This document shows positions 30,321-40,098 of a stretch of DNA of 64,000 nucleotides, one piece after another. The notes under the pieces were generated by a model. It worked only from the letters and a program-made list of their open reading frames with translations. It was not told where the DNA came from and searched no databases. Where the stretch lies: positions 1,155 through 65,154 of the forward strand of contig CAOJZV010000005.1 of assembly GCA_948466255.1 (NCBI GenBank). Direction: 5' to 3'. Source of the stretch: an uncultured Bacillota bacterium. Lineage in GTDB: Bacteria > Bacillota_I > Bacilli_A > RF39 > UBA660. The translations under genes and the position numbers were made by a program. Position 1 is the first letter of the stretch. Every line of letters starts with the position of its first letter.

Positions 30321-31658
30321 ATGGATTTAGAGAATATTTGGAATGTTTTTTTGGCCAAAGTAGAAGAAAAGGTAAAACCTGTTCTTTTTGAAACTTGGTT
30401 TAAAGATACAAAATTAATAAACTTAACCGATGATACTGCAACAATCAAAGTATCATGGGAAATTCAAAAAAAACATTTAAAAGAAAATTATAATGAATTA
30501 ATTAAAGAAACATTTATGGATGTTACAGGTTCTATTTTTAATTTTGATTATACAACAGATGAAGAAGTAACTAAAAAAGAAGAAATAAAAGAAAATAATG
30601 AAGCTATCTTTGAAAGTGGATTAGATAGTAAATATACTTTTGATAACTTTATTTCTGGGGAAAGTAATAAATTTGCGAAAGCTATTGGACTTGCTGTTGC
30701 TGAAAAACCTGGAAGTATGTACAATCCATTATTTATATATGGTAATAGTGGACTTGGGAAAACCCATTTAATGCATGCAATAGGTAATTATATTACAAAT
30801 AATTCTAATAAAAAAGTATTATATGTTACAAGTGAAAAATTTGTAGATGATTTTCTAAGTTTATATAGAAAAAATGAAAATAATTTTAAAGCTGTGGATA
30901 ATTTTAAAAGAAAATATCGTGATATAGATGTATTAATGATTGATGATATTCAATATTTAGAAATCGCTAGTAAAACCCAACAAGAATTTTTTAATACATT
31001 TAATGAATTACATACCCAAAACAAACAAATTATTATTTCTTCCGATAGAACACCAGATGATTTAAAAAAATTAGAAGATAGATTAAGAACAAGATTTAAT
31101 TGGGGATTAACTATTGATATTCTTCCACCAGATTTTGACTTAAGAATGGCAATAATTGATCAAAAATTAAAAACAGAAGCTCATGATATTCAAAATTTTG
31201 TTCATGATGATGTTAAAGAATATATCGCAAATAACTTTAATACCGATATTAGAACAATAGAAGGAGCAGTAGTTAGAATCGTCGCATATGCAACTATTAT
31301 GAATGCTCCTGAAATAAATCTAGACTTCGCTGTTGAAGCTTTAAGAGATCGCCTAGGTAAAAATATAATATCAAAAAATAAAATAGATAAAGTAATTAGA
31401 ATTATTGCAGATAATTATAATTTGACAGTTGAAGATTTAAAAAGTAAAAAAAGGTTAGCAAAAATTGCCGTACCAAGACAAATTGGAATGTATATTTGTC
31501 GTACACACTTAAAAGAATCCTTACCAAAAATAGGTAGTGAATTTGGTGGTAAAGACCATACAACAGTAATACATTCTGTAGATAAAATAAAAAAAGAAAT
31601 AGAAAAAGATAAAACATTAGAAGAGGAAATAAATAAATTAATTGCCAAAATAGGATAG
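30321..31658 (+). CDS. dnaA: chromosomal replication initiator protein
   Basis: 445 aa; AAA+ Walker A GNSGLGKTHL; C-terminal DNA-binding domain. Confidence 0.95.
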   Translation: MDLENIWNVFLAKVEEKVKPVLFETWFKDTKLINLTDDTATIKVSWEIQKKHLKENYNELIKETFMDVTGSIFNFDYTTDEEVTKKEEIKENNEAIFESGLDSKYTFDNFISGESNKFAKAIGLAVAEKPGSMYNPLFIYGNSGLGKTHLMHAIGNYITNNSNKKVLYVTSEKFVDDFLSLYRKNENNFKAVDNFKRKYRDIDVLMIDDIQYLEIASKTQQEFFNTFNELHTQNKQIIISSDRTPDDLKKLEDRLRTRFNWGLTIDILPPDFDLRMAIIDQKLKTEAHDIQNFVHDDVKEYIANNFNTDIRTIEGAVVRIVAYATIMNAPEINLDFAVEALRDRLGKNIISKNKIDKVIRIIADNYNLTVEDLKSKKRLAKIAVPRQIGMYICRTHLKESLPKIGSEFGGKDHTTVIHSVDKIKKEIEKDKTLEEEINKLIAKIG

Positions 31659-31672
31659 GGGAAAAATATTTC

Positions 31673-31790
31673 TTTTCCACATATTTCCCACACAACAAAA
31701 AATAGTAATTATTACTTAAAAATAAATGGAAAATAAACTTTTCCACACAATCCACATCAATAATAAAAATATAATTAAATAAATAAAAAC
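31673..31790. promoter_or_regulatory. oriC part 2: DnaA boxes plus AT-rich putative unwinding element between dnaA and dnaN
   Basis: TTTTCCACA at 31673 and 31739, TTTCCCACA at 31685, ATCCACA at 31751, followed by a stretch above 90% AT (31757-31790) ending at the dnaN RBS. Confidence 0.6.
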
Positions 31791-31807
31791 AAAGGAGAGT
31801 AAGATTT

Positions 31808-32929
31808 ATGAAATTAGAAATAAAACAAGAAGTTCTTTTAGAACATTTAAATTACGTTATAAAGGGAATATCAACAAAAAATTTAAGACCTATTTTAAAC
31901 TGTATAAAATTTGAATTAACTAATGATGGTTTATATTTAATGAGTACTGATAATGAAATAGCCATTAAAACATTTATCGATAAAAGCGAAATTGAAAAAA
32001 TAGATACTTGCGGAGAAATAGTTGTATCTGGTAGATATATATATGAAATAGTAAGAAAATTACCAAATGAAGTTATTAATATAGAAGAAGTGATTGATTC
32101 TAAAATATATATAACAACAACAAATTCATCATTTAATTTAAATTGTAATGATGTATCAGAATTTCCAAATTTAGAATTAGAATATAAAAAAGACCCTATA
32201 GTATTAAACCAAAAGGTATTTAAAACTATTATAAATCAAACCGCTTTTGCAACATCAACAGGTGAATCTAGACCAGTATTAACAGGTATCAACTTCAAAA
32301 TAGATAAAAATATTATGGAATGTACCGCCACTGATTCATATCGTTTAGCTATTAAAAAAATAGAATTATCAAATGAACAAACTGAAAATATTAACATAAT
32401 TATTCCTACTAAAAATCTAAATGAAATAGTAAAATTAATGAATGAAGATGAAGAAAACCTAGAAATGCACATTTTTAACAATAAAGTAATCTTTAAATTT
32501 AACACACTTACAATTATGACAAGATTAATTAGTGGTACATATCCAGATACATCAAAATTAATTCCAGAAGACTTTACTTTAACAATAAAAGTTAAATTAA
32601 TGGATTTCTTTAATGCTATTGATAGAGCTTCACTTTTAACAAATGAAAGCGATAAAAATACAATTAAATTTGAAAGTAAAGAAAATACAGTATTAATTTC
32701 ATCAAACATTCCAGAAATAGGTAATGTAAAAGAAACTATTACTGTGGAAAAAAATAATGACGAAAATATCAAAATATCTTTTAATTCAAAATTTATGTTA
32801 GATGCTGTAAGAGTATTAGAATCTGATGAAATAGAATTATTATTTAATGGAGAATTTAAACCAATTATAATTAAAAATCCAGAAAGTGATGATTTAATTC
32901 AACTAATATTACCAATTAGAACTTATTAA
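31808..32929 (+). CDS. dnaN: DNA polymerase III beta sliding clamp
   Basis: 373 aa; conserved dnaA-dnaN order. Confidence 0.95.
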   Translation: MKLEIKQEVLLEHLNYVIKGISTKNLRPILNCIKFELTNDGLYLMSTDNEIAIKTFIDKSEIEKIDTCGEIVVSGRYIYEIVRKLPNEVINIEEVIDSKIYITTTNSSFNLNCNDVSEFPNLELEYKKDPIVLNQKVFKTIINQTAFATSTGESRPVLTGINFKIDKNIMECTATDSYRLAIKKIELSNEQTENINIIIPTKNLNEIVKLMNEDEENLEMHIFNNKVIFKFNTLTIMTRLISGTYPDTSKLIPEDFTLTIKVKLMDFFNAIDRASLLTNESDKNTIKFESKENTVLISSNIPEIGNVKETITVEKNNDENIKISFNSKFMLDAVRVLESDEIELLFNGEFKPIIIKNPESDDLIQLILPIRTY

Positions 32930-33050
32930 AAGTTCTTTTTTTTTTACAAAAAATTTAATTTTACGACAAATATTGATAATTTTTGACAAACAAAATGTGT
33001 ATAAGAGAAGCATCAGATTTTTTTATCTGATTAGAAACAGGGGGAAATAT

Positions 33051-33503
33051 ATGAATGAATACGAAATTACAAGTGAAACATGTGCTTTAATATCTGTAAG
33101 TGAAAATGCAACTGAAGTAATAGAATTAGGTAAGAAATTTATTATTGAAGATAAACTAACAGATATATTAAAAAGAAGCTGTGAATTTTATGGATGTACA
33201 TTAGAAGGAAGAATAAAAGGAAGCCAAATGCAATTAGGAATGAAATATAAATTGCCAATTATCATTGAAAATACAAAAGAAATTATCTTTTTTCCAACTT
33301 CATCACCTAGATTAGAAAATTGTAGTTGGATTTCTTTAAAAAATATCAAAAATTATGAAGAAAATAGATTTGGATCAATCATAGAATTTATAGATGATAA
33401 TAAATTAATTTTACCAATTTCACTAGAATCACTTGAAAATCAGATATTTAGAGCTACAAAATTAATGTTAATTTCACGTAAACGCAGTAAAATGGAAAAA
33501 TAG
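33051..33503 (+). CDS. comK: ComK-like competence transcription factor
   Basis: likely start MNEYEI (RBS AGGGGGAAATAT); SCEFYGCTLEGRIKG, KLPIIIENTKEIIFFPTSSPRLENCSWIS and ILPISLESLENQIFRATKL align with B. subtilis ComK (SCRFFGSSYAGRKAG, KPPIMVDPSNQIFLFPTLSSTRPQCGWIS, ELPISYNSFENQVYRTAWL). Confidence 0.6.
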   Translation: MNEYEITSETCALISVSENATEVIELGKKFIIEDKLTDILKRSCEFYGCTLEGRIKGSQMQLGMKYKLPIIIENTKEIIFFPTSSPRLENCSWISLKNIKNYEENRFGSIIEFIDDNKLILPISLESLENQIFRATKLMLISRKRSKMEK

Positions 33504-33528
33504 ACATAGATATTGTCTATTTTTTTGC
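33497..33528 (+). terminator. Rho-independent terminator after the comK-like gene
   Basis: ATAGACA-tagatat-TGTCTAT hairpin followed by TTTTTTT. Confidence 0.55.
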
Positions 33529-33630
33529 TTATTTTAGCCATTTTTATGGTATAATGGTTATAGGGTATAGGAGTACTATTAAGGTAGTTTTTTTTCGCTA
33601 CAGTCCAAAAAAAACGAAAAGAGGGAAATC

Positions 33631-34743
33631 ATGATACTAAAAAACATTGAAGTTACTAATTTTAGAAATTATGAAAACCTTAAACTCACCTTAAATAAAA
33701 ATACTAACATTATTTATGGTGATAATGGTGGGGGGAAAACAAATATATTAGAAAGTATTTTTGTGCTTGCTCTTACTAAATCTCATAGAGCTTTATCCCA
33801 AAGTGACTTAATAACTAGTGGAAAAGAAAATACTTTAATTAAGGGGACTATACTAAATGAAATACCTTATAATCTTGAACTGACCTTAACTAAAACAAAA
33901 AAGCAAGTAAAAATTGATAATAATCCTGTAAGTAAAATAGGGGATTATATCAGTATGATGAATATCATTATTTTTTATTCTAATGATTTAGAACTTATAA
34001 GAGGGCTTCCAAGTAATCGAAGAAAGTATTTAAATCTGCAGTTAAGTCAAATTTCGAAAAATTATTATAATACTTTAAATGATTATAATAAACTTTTAAA
34101 AATCAGAAATGATTATTTAAAAAAAATAAGTAATAATGAGCCTATTGATGAGGGTTACTTTGAAATTTTAACTGATTATCTAATTGAAAGAAGTATCTTT
34201 ATTTACCAAATGCGTGAAAAATATATAGAAAGATTAAATAAAATTTGTCCTGATATATATAAAGATATAACTGGAAACGATAATTTTAAAATAAAGTATT
34301 TGCCATCTATAACTTTTGAAAATATGGAAAAAGATACAATAAGGTCAGAAATGAAAAAAGTATTAAATGAAAATAAAGAAAAAGAAATAAAACTAAAATC
34401 AACGCTTTTTGGACCACATCGTGATGATTTTGAATTTCATCTAGAAGATAATAATTTAAAAAATTATGGTTCACAAGGCCAACAAAGAGTTGCTGTTTTA
34501 TCACTTAAACTTTCAGAAATACAAATATTCAAAGATTATAAAAAAAATAATCCAATTATTTTATTAGATGATGTGTTTAGTGAACTAGATCATGTTAAAA
34601 AAAATAATTTATTAAAATATATCGATAATGATATGCAAGTAATTATAACAACAACTGATCTAGATAATATTGATGAAAATATTAAGAAAAAAGCTAAATT
34701 AATCAACATAAAACATGGAAAAATAGTAGAAGAGGTGAAATAA
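33631..34743 (+). CDS. recF: DNA replication and repair protein RecF
   Basis: 370 aa; Walker [10 protein letters not shown]; SMC-like signature; conserved position before gyrB. Confidence 0.9.
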   Translation: MILKNIEVTNFRNYENLKLTLNKNTNIIYGDNGGGKTNILESIFVLALTKSHRALSQSDLITSGKENTLIKGTILNEIPYNLELTLTKTKKQVKIDNNPVSKIGDYISMMNIIIFYSNDLELIRGLPSNRRKYLNLQLSQISKNYYNTLNDYNKLLKIRNDYLKKISNNEPIDEGYFEILTDYLIERSIFIYQMREKYIERLNKICPDIYKDITGNDNFKIKYLPSITFENMEKDTIRSEMKKVLNENKEKEIKLKSTLFGPHRDDFEFHLEDNNLKNYGSQGQQRVAVLSLKLSEIQIFKDYKKNNPIILLDDVFSELDHVKKNNLLKYIDNDMQVIITTTDLDNIDENIKKKAKLINIKHGKIVEEVK

Positions 34744-36668
34744 TGGAAGAAAATAAAGAACATTACAACGAGTCCGATATTCAGGTCTTAGAAGGATTAG
34801 AAGCTGTAAGAAAACGTCCTGGAATGTACATAGGTACAACTGATGTTAAAGGACTACACCATTTAGTATGGGAAATAGTAGATAATGCTATCGATGAAGC
34901 TTTAGCCGGATACTGTGATAATATTGAAATAATTATTAATAAAGATAATTCTATAACCGTAAAAGATAATGGACGTGGAATACCAACAGGAGTACATCCA
35001 AAAACAGGTTTATCAACTGTTGAAACAGTTTATACAGTGTTACATGCTGGAGGTAAATTTGGAGGCGGCGGATACAAAGTATCAGGTGGTCTTCACGGGG
35101 TAGGAGCCTCAGTAGTTAATGCATTATCAACTCATGTAACCGTTACTGTATATAAAGATGGACATATTCATGAAGCTAAATTCGAAAATGGTGGAAAAAT
35201 TGTTCAGAAACTTACTGTAATTGGTGATTGTGAATTAGATAGAACTGGAACTATTGTTACATTTAAACCAGATCCAGATATATTTGACACAGATATTTAT
35301 GATTATAATACATTAATGGTAAGAACAAGAGAACTTGCTTTCTTAAATAAAGGTTTAAGTTTAACATTAAGGGATGACCGTGATGAAGAAGATACAACAG
35401 GAGAAACGTTCCATTATGAAGGTGGTATTAGTGAATACGTTAAATATTTAAATTCTAATAAAACACCAATTCAAAATGAAATAATTCATTTAGAAGGTGA
35501 GCAAGATGGAATAATGTTTGAAGTTGCTCTTCAATACAACACAGGATATACAGATAGTGTTTATTCATTTGTTAACAATATCAATACCCATGATGGTGGA
35601 ACTCATGAAGAAGGTGTAAGAAGAGCTTTAACAAGAATTATTAATAGCTATGCTAGAAAAAATAACATTTTAAAAGAAAAAGATGATTCATTAAGTGGAG
35701 AAGATGTTAAAGAAGGTTTAACAATGATTGTTTCTTGTAAACATCCAAATCCACAATTTGAAGGACAAACAAAAGGAAGATTAGGTAACTCAGAAGTTAG
35801 AAAACTAGCTGATAAAGTATTTGCTGAAGGATTTGAAAGATATCTTCTAGAACATCCAGATGAAGCAAAAATTATTGTGGATAAAAATATGACTGCAGCT
35901 AGAGCTAGAGTAGCTGCTAAAAAAGCTAGGGAATTAACTAGAAGAAAAAGTGACCTAGACGTTATAAATTTCGGTGGAAAACTAGTAGATTGTAAAGATA
36001 AAGATCCGATTAAATGCGAAATATTCTTAGTCGAAGGGGATTCAGCTGGAGGTTCTGCTATTAAAGGTAGAGATTCAATGACCCAAGCAATTCTTCCATT
36101 AAGAGGTAAAATTTTAAATGTAGAAAAAGCAAGATTAGATAGAGCTTTATCAAATGAAGAAATTAGAACAATAATTACTGCTTTTGGAACAGGAATTGGG
36201 CAAGATTTTGATTTAAAGAAATTAAGATATCATAAAATAATAATCATGACCGATGCAGATGTTGATGGATCACATATTAGAGTATTGTTACTAACTTTAT
36301 TCTATCGTTTCTTTAAACCAATAGTTGAAGCTGGACACGTTTATGCTGCCCAACCACCACTATTCTGTATAAAACACGGAAAAACCATTAAATACGTATT
36401 AAATGAGGAAGAAAGAGACGCTTATTTAGCAACCTTAAATCCAAATACTAAATATGACATATTACGTATGAAAGGTTTGGGTGAAATGGATGCTGAAGAA
36501 TTAAATGAAACAACCATGGATATAAATACGAGAGTATTAAGAAAAATAACTGTAGATGATGCTATAGAAGCAGATGCTGCATTCACAAAACTTATGGGTG
36601 AAGAAGTAGAACCAAGAAGAAACTTTATCGAAGAAAATGCAGTATATGCAGAGAATTTAGATATATAG
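34743..36668 (+). CDS. gyrB: DNA gyrase subunit B
   Basis: 641 aa; GHKL ATPase and TOPRIM motifs (EGDSAGG). Confidence 0.95.
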   Translation: MEENKEHYNESDIQVLEGLEAVRKRPGMYIGTTDVKGLHHLVWEIVDNAIDEALAGYCDNIEIIINKDNSITVKDNGRGIPTGVHPKTGLSTVETVYTVLHAGGKFGGGGYKVSGGLHGVGASVVNALSTHVTVTVYKDGHIHEAKFENGGKIVQKLTVIGDCELDRTGTIVTFKPDPDIFDTDIYDYNTLMVRTRELAFLNKGLSLTLRDDRDEEDTTGETFHYEGGISEYVKYLNSNKTPIQNEIIHLEGEQDGIMFEVALQYNTGYTDSVYSFVNNINTHDGGTHEEGVRRALTRIINSYARKNNILKEKDDSLSGEDVKEGLTMIVSCKHPNPQFEGQTKGRLGNSEVRKLADKVFAEGFERYLLEHPDEAKIIVDKNMTAARARVAAKKARELTRRKSDLDVINFGGKLVDCKDKDPIKCEIFLVEGDSAGGSAIKGRDSMTQAILPLRGKILNVEKARLDRALSNEEIRTIITAFGTGIGQDFDLKKLRYHKIIIMTDADVDGSHIRVLLLTLFYRFFKPIVEAGHVYAAQPPLFCIKHGKTIKYVLNEEERDAYLATLNPNTKYDILRMKGLGEMDAEELNETTMDINTRVLRKITVDDAIEADAAFTKLMGEEVEPRRNFIEENAVYAENLDI

Positions 36669-36678
36669 GAGGTAAAAC

Positions 36679-39159
36679 ATGGATAAAGATAAATTACAAG
36701 AGAACAACATAGTAGATGAAATAGAAAAATCATTCCTTGAGTATTCAATGAGTGTAATTGTATCCCGTGCTTTACCAGATTTAAGAGACGGATTAAAACC
36801 AGTTCACCGAAGAATACTATATTCAATGTATGAATCAGGTTATACTCCTGATAAACCACATAAAAAGAGTGCTAGAATTGTCGGAGACGTAATGGGTAAA
36901 TACCACCCACATGGTGACTCATCAATTTATGAAGCAATGGTAAGAATGGCTCAAGACTTTAGCTATAGATATATGTTAGTAGATGGTCACGGAAACTTTG
37001 GTATTATTGAAGGTTCTGGAGCCGCTGCAATGCGTTATACTGAATCAAGATTATCAAAATTATCATTAGAATTATTAAGAGATCTTAATAAAGATACCGT
37101 AGATTTTGATCCAAACTTTGATGAATCATTAAAAGAACCAAAAATATTACCTTCAAGATTTCCAAATATTTTAGTAAATGGTACTATGGGAATTGCCGTA
37201 GGTATGGCAACCAATATTCCACCACATAATTTAAGTGAAGTTATTGATGGATGTGTTGCTTATATTGATAATCCTGATATTGATACAATGGGATTAATGC
37301 AATATATAAAAGGTCCAGATTTTCCAACAGGCGCAACTATTTTAGGTAATAGTGGAATCAAGAAAGCTTATGAAACAGGAAAAGGCTCTATTACAATCCG
37401 AAGTAAAGCTCAAATAGAAGAAAAAAATGGAAAACAATATATAGTTATTACAGAAGTTCCATACGGAGTTAAAACATCAGAATTAAAAGATAAGGTTGCT
37501 GAATTAGTTCACAACAAAACAATCGATGGAATTTCTGATTATCATACTGATTTAAAAAATGGTGTAAAAATTACAATAACCCTTAAAAAGGACGCAAATG
37601 CACAAGTTGTATTAAATAATTTGTATAAACATACATCATTCCAAACAACTTTTGGTATTACATTATTAATGTTAGATAATGGAGTTCCAAAAACATTAGG
37701 ATTAAAAGATATAATTTCAAAATATATTGATTATCAAAAAGAAATTATTATTAGAAGAACAAGATATGATCTAAATAAAGCAGAAAATCGTGTTCATATA
37801 TTAGAAGGCTTAAAAATAGCTTTAGATAACATAGATGCCGTTATAAAGCTTATTAGAGCATCTAAATCAGATGAAGAAGCTAGAGCAGGGCTTATGAATA
37901 ATTTCAAATTAAGTGAAGCTCAAGCAAATGCTATACTAGAAATGAAATTAAGAAGGTTAACTGGTTTAGAAAGAGAAAAAGTAGAAGACGAATTAAAAGA
38001 ACTACTAGAAAAAATTAGATATTATAAAGAAGTTCTTGCATCAGAACAAAAAATCTTAGGTATAATTAAAGATGAAATGTTAGAAATAAAAAATAAATAT
38101 GGTGATGATAGAAGAACAGACATCGATATGACTGCAATTGACTATATTGAAGATGAATCATTAATACCTGTGGAAAACATAGTTATAACATTAACTAATA
38201 ATGGTTATATTAAACGTATGACTAGTGAAACTTACAAAACTCAAAATAGAGGTGGAGTAGGAATTAAAGGAATGGCTACAAATGAAGATGATTTTGTGGA
38301 AAACTTAATATCAATGACCACTCATGATTACTTAATGTTCTTCACAAACCGTGGAAAAGTATATAGAGTTAAAGGTTATGAAGTACCACAATATAGTAGA
38401 CAATCAAAAGGATTACCAATTATCAATCTTTTACCTCTTGAAAAAGATGAAAAGGTAAAAGCAATGCTAAAGGTTAGTTCTGAAGACGAAAATCAATATA
38501 TTGTATTTTGTACACAAAGAGGTTTAGTTAAGAGAACAGCTCTATCAGAATTTGAAAATATAAGATCAAACGGTAAAATTGCAATAAATTTAAAAGATAA
38601 TGATGAATTAATTTCAGTTAAGAAAACAACTGGGGAAAACGAAATTATAATTGCATCTTCAAATGGCCGAATGATTAGATTTGATGAATCTGAAATCAGA
38701 GTTATGGGAAGAACAGCCTCAGGTGTTAAAGGAATTGATCTTGGTGATGGTATCTGCGTAGGATGTGAAATAGCTCTTCCAGGACAACAAATACTAGTTG
38801 CTACAGAAAAAGGTTATGGAAAACGTACCGCAGTAGAAGAATACAGAATGACTCACCGTGGAAGCAAAGGAGTAAAAGCTCTAAACGTTACAGAAAAGAA
38901 TGGTAATATTGTATCATTTAAATTAGTAAACGGTGATGAAGACTTAATGATTATTACTGATAGTGGAATAATTATTAGATTATCAATAGAACAAGTTTCT
39001 ACTACAGGTAGAGTAGCCCAAGGTGTAAGATTAATTCATTTAAAAGATAATCAAAAAGTTAGTACAGTTGCTCTTCTAGCTAAAGAAGAAGTAGAAGAAG
39101 AAATATTTGAGGAACAACCAGCAACAGAAGAAACTATGGAAAAAACAGATGAAGATTAA
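36679..39159 (+). CDS. gyrA: DNA gyrase subunit A
   Basis: 826 aa; active-site region [10 protein letters not shown]; C-terminal beta-pinwheel repeats. Confidence 0.95.
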   Translation: MDKDKLQENNIVDEIEKSFLEYSMSVIVSRALPDLRDGLKPVHRRILYSMYESGYTPDKPHKKSARIVGDVMGKYHPHGDSSIYEAMVRMAQDFSYRYMLVDGHGNFGIIEGSGAAAMRYTESRLSKLSLELLRDLNKDTVDFDPNFDESLKEPKILPSRFPNILVNGTMGIAVGMATNIPPHNLSEVIDGCVAYIDNPDIDTMGLMQYIKGPDFPTGATILGNSGIKKAYETGKGSITIRSKAQIEEKNGKQYIVITEVPYGVKTSELKDKVAELVHNKTIDGISDYHTDLKNGVKITITLKKDANAQVVLNNLYKHTSFQTTFGITLLMLDNGVPKTLGLKDIISKYIDYQKEIIIRRTRYDLNKAENRVHILEGLKIALDNIDAVIKLIRASKSDEEARAGLMNNFKLSEAQANAILEMKLRRLTGLEREKVEDELKELLEKIRYYKEVLASEQKILGIIKDEMLEIKNKYGDDRRTDIDMTAIDYIEDESLIPVENIVITLTNNGYIKRMTSETYKTQNRGGVGIKGMATNEDDFVENLISMTTHDYLMFFTNRGKVYRVKGYEVPQYSRQSKGLPIINLLPLEKDEKVKAMLKVSSEDENQYIVFCTQRGLVKRTALSEFENIRSNGKIAINLKDNDELISVKKTTGENEIIIASSNGRMIRFDESEIRVMGRTASGVKGIDLGDGICVGCEIALPGQQILVATEKGYGKRTAVEEYRMTHRGSKGVKALNVTEKNGNIVSFKLVNGDEDLMIITDSGIIIRLSIEQVSTTGRVAQGVRLIHLKDNQKVSTVALLAKEEVEEEIFEEQPATEETMEKTDED

Positions 39160-39175
39160 TGATAACCAAAAGCAA

Positions 39176-39191
39176 TGTTTCACGTGGAACA
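39176..39191. promoter_or_regulatory. parS site 1 (TGTTTCACGTGGAACA); may double as the gyrA terminator hairpin
   Basis: 15/16 match to the palindromic consensus TGTTTCACGTGAAACA; identical to the B. subtilis parS TGTTCCACGTGAAACA on the opposite strand; followed by TTTTT. Confidence 0.7.
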
Positions 39192-39229
39192 TTGCTTTTT
39201 AGTTATAAAAAAATACAAAAGAAGATTAT

Positions 39230-39245
39230 AGTTTCACGTGAAACA
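39230..39245. promoter_or_regulatory. parS site 2 (AGTTTCACGTGAAACA)
   Basis: 15/16 match to the parS consensus; perfect 14-bp palindromic core GTTTCACGTGAAAC. Confidence 0.7.
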
Positions 39246-39399
39246 TTAGAAATATAAATTTAAATAATATATTAATTTATATAAATTAACAAAAAGGTAA
39301 AACCAATAATAAAATAAAATGTAGAAAATATATAAAGATAAAACTAAATTCTCTTTTAAAAGAAAAAATAGTGAAAAATAAATAAAAAGATATAAACCA

Positions 39400-39415
39400 T
39401 GTTTCACGTGAAACT
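39400..39415. promoter_or_regulatory. parS site 3 (TGTTTCACGTGAAACT)
   Basis: 15/16 match to the parS consensus. Confidence 0.7.
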
Positions 39416-39473
39416 ATACATGTATTAATTAAAAGTATGGAAAAAACCTAGATAAAAAATAATATATAGATAA

Positions 39474-39489
39474 TGTTTCACGTGAAACA
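39474..39489. promoter_or_regulatory. parS site 4 (TGTTTCACGTGAAACA, perfect; extended palindrome TAATGTTTCACGTGAAACATTA)
   Basis: 16/16 match to the parS consensus. Confidence 0.75.
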
Positions 39490-39535
39490 TTATAATAGTT
39501 TGCCTTTTTTTATAAAATCATATATCATTATTAAT

Positions 39536-39608
39536 GGCACAACATTTATGTTCGAACCAGGTCAGAATCGGAAGATAGCAGCCTTAAGAATCTCTAAATG
39601 TGTGTGCC
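39536..39608 (+). ncRNA. ffs: small SRP RNA (4.5S/scRNA-type, about 73 nt)
   Basis: CCAGGUCAGAAUCGGAAGAUAGCAGCC matches the conserved domain IV of bacterial SRP RNA (CCAGGUCAGGUCCGGAAGGAAGCAGCC); closing helix GGCACA/UGUGCC plus ACAUUUA/UAAAUGU; followed by UUUUAUU; same neighbourhood (tadA, dnaX) as B. subtilis scr. Confidence 0.7.
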
Positions 39609-39627
39609 TTTTATTATAGGTGATAAT

Positions 39628-40032
39628 ATGGATAAATATATGGAAATAGCTTTTAAAGAAGCAAAAAAAGCATTAAAAACAGATGATGTTCCAGTTGGGG
39701 CAGTAATTGTGGAAAATGGAAAGATAATTGCAAAAGCACACAATACAAGAGAAAAAAAGAAACTTGTAACTAGACATGCTGAAATAAATGCTGTGGAAAA
39801 AGCGTGTAAAAAGAAGAAAAATTGGTATTTAAATGATTGTGAATTATATGTTACATTAGAACCATGTAAAATGTGTATGGGGGCCATTGAGCAAGCACGA
39901 ATTAAAACTATTATATATGCAGCTCCAAGAGATAAAATCGATAATTTAAAAATGCCAGAAGTGAAACAAGGGAAAGGTGTGGAAAACTCACAAGAACTCC
40001 TTAAATCCTTTTTTAAAAATAAAAGAAAATAA
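39628..40032 (+). CDS. tadA: tRNA-specific adenosine deaminase
   Basis: likely start MDKYMEIAFKEAKK (RBS AGGTGA); zinc-binding HAE...PCxxC motifs (HAEINAV, PCKMC). Confidence 0.85.
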   Translation: MDKYMEIAFKEAKKALKTDDVPVGAVIVENGKIIAKAHNTREKKKLVTRHAEINAVEKACKKKKNWYLNDCELYVTLEPCKMCMGAIEQARIKTIIYAAPRDKIDNLKMPEVKQGKGVENSQELLKSFFKNKRK

Positions 40033-40053
40033 AGTAAAGTTATTTTCTTTTAA

Positions 40054-40062
40054 TGTGGATAA
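40054..40062. promoter_or_regulatory. perfect DnaA box TGTGGATAA inside the dnaX promoter, immediately upstream of the extended -10 TGGTATAAT
   Basis: exact 9-mer; TATAAT at 40067-40072 with TG at 40064-40065. Confidence 0.45.
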
Positions 40063-40098
40063 ATGGTATAATTATATATAGTTTTAGAAGGTGAGAAT

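Noticed and set aside
39170-39495. GTTTCACGTGAAAC palindromes considered as CcpA cre sites, Rex boxes, E-box-type operators, or simple stem-loop terminators
   Set aside because: The full 16-mer matches the parS consensus TGTTTCACGTGAAACA exactly or with one mismatch. cre (TGWAANCGNTNWCA) and Rex (TTGTGAA-N6-TTCACAA) have different half-site arrangement. Only the first copy is followed by a T-tract.
40033-40098. Expected SRP RNA (scr) between tadA and dnaX as in Bacillus
   Set aside because: The gap is only 66 nt and holds the dnaX promoter. The SRP RNA motif is found upstream of tadA instead (39536-39608).
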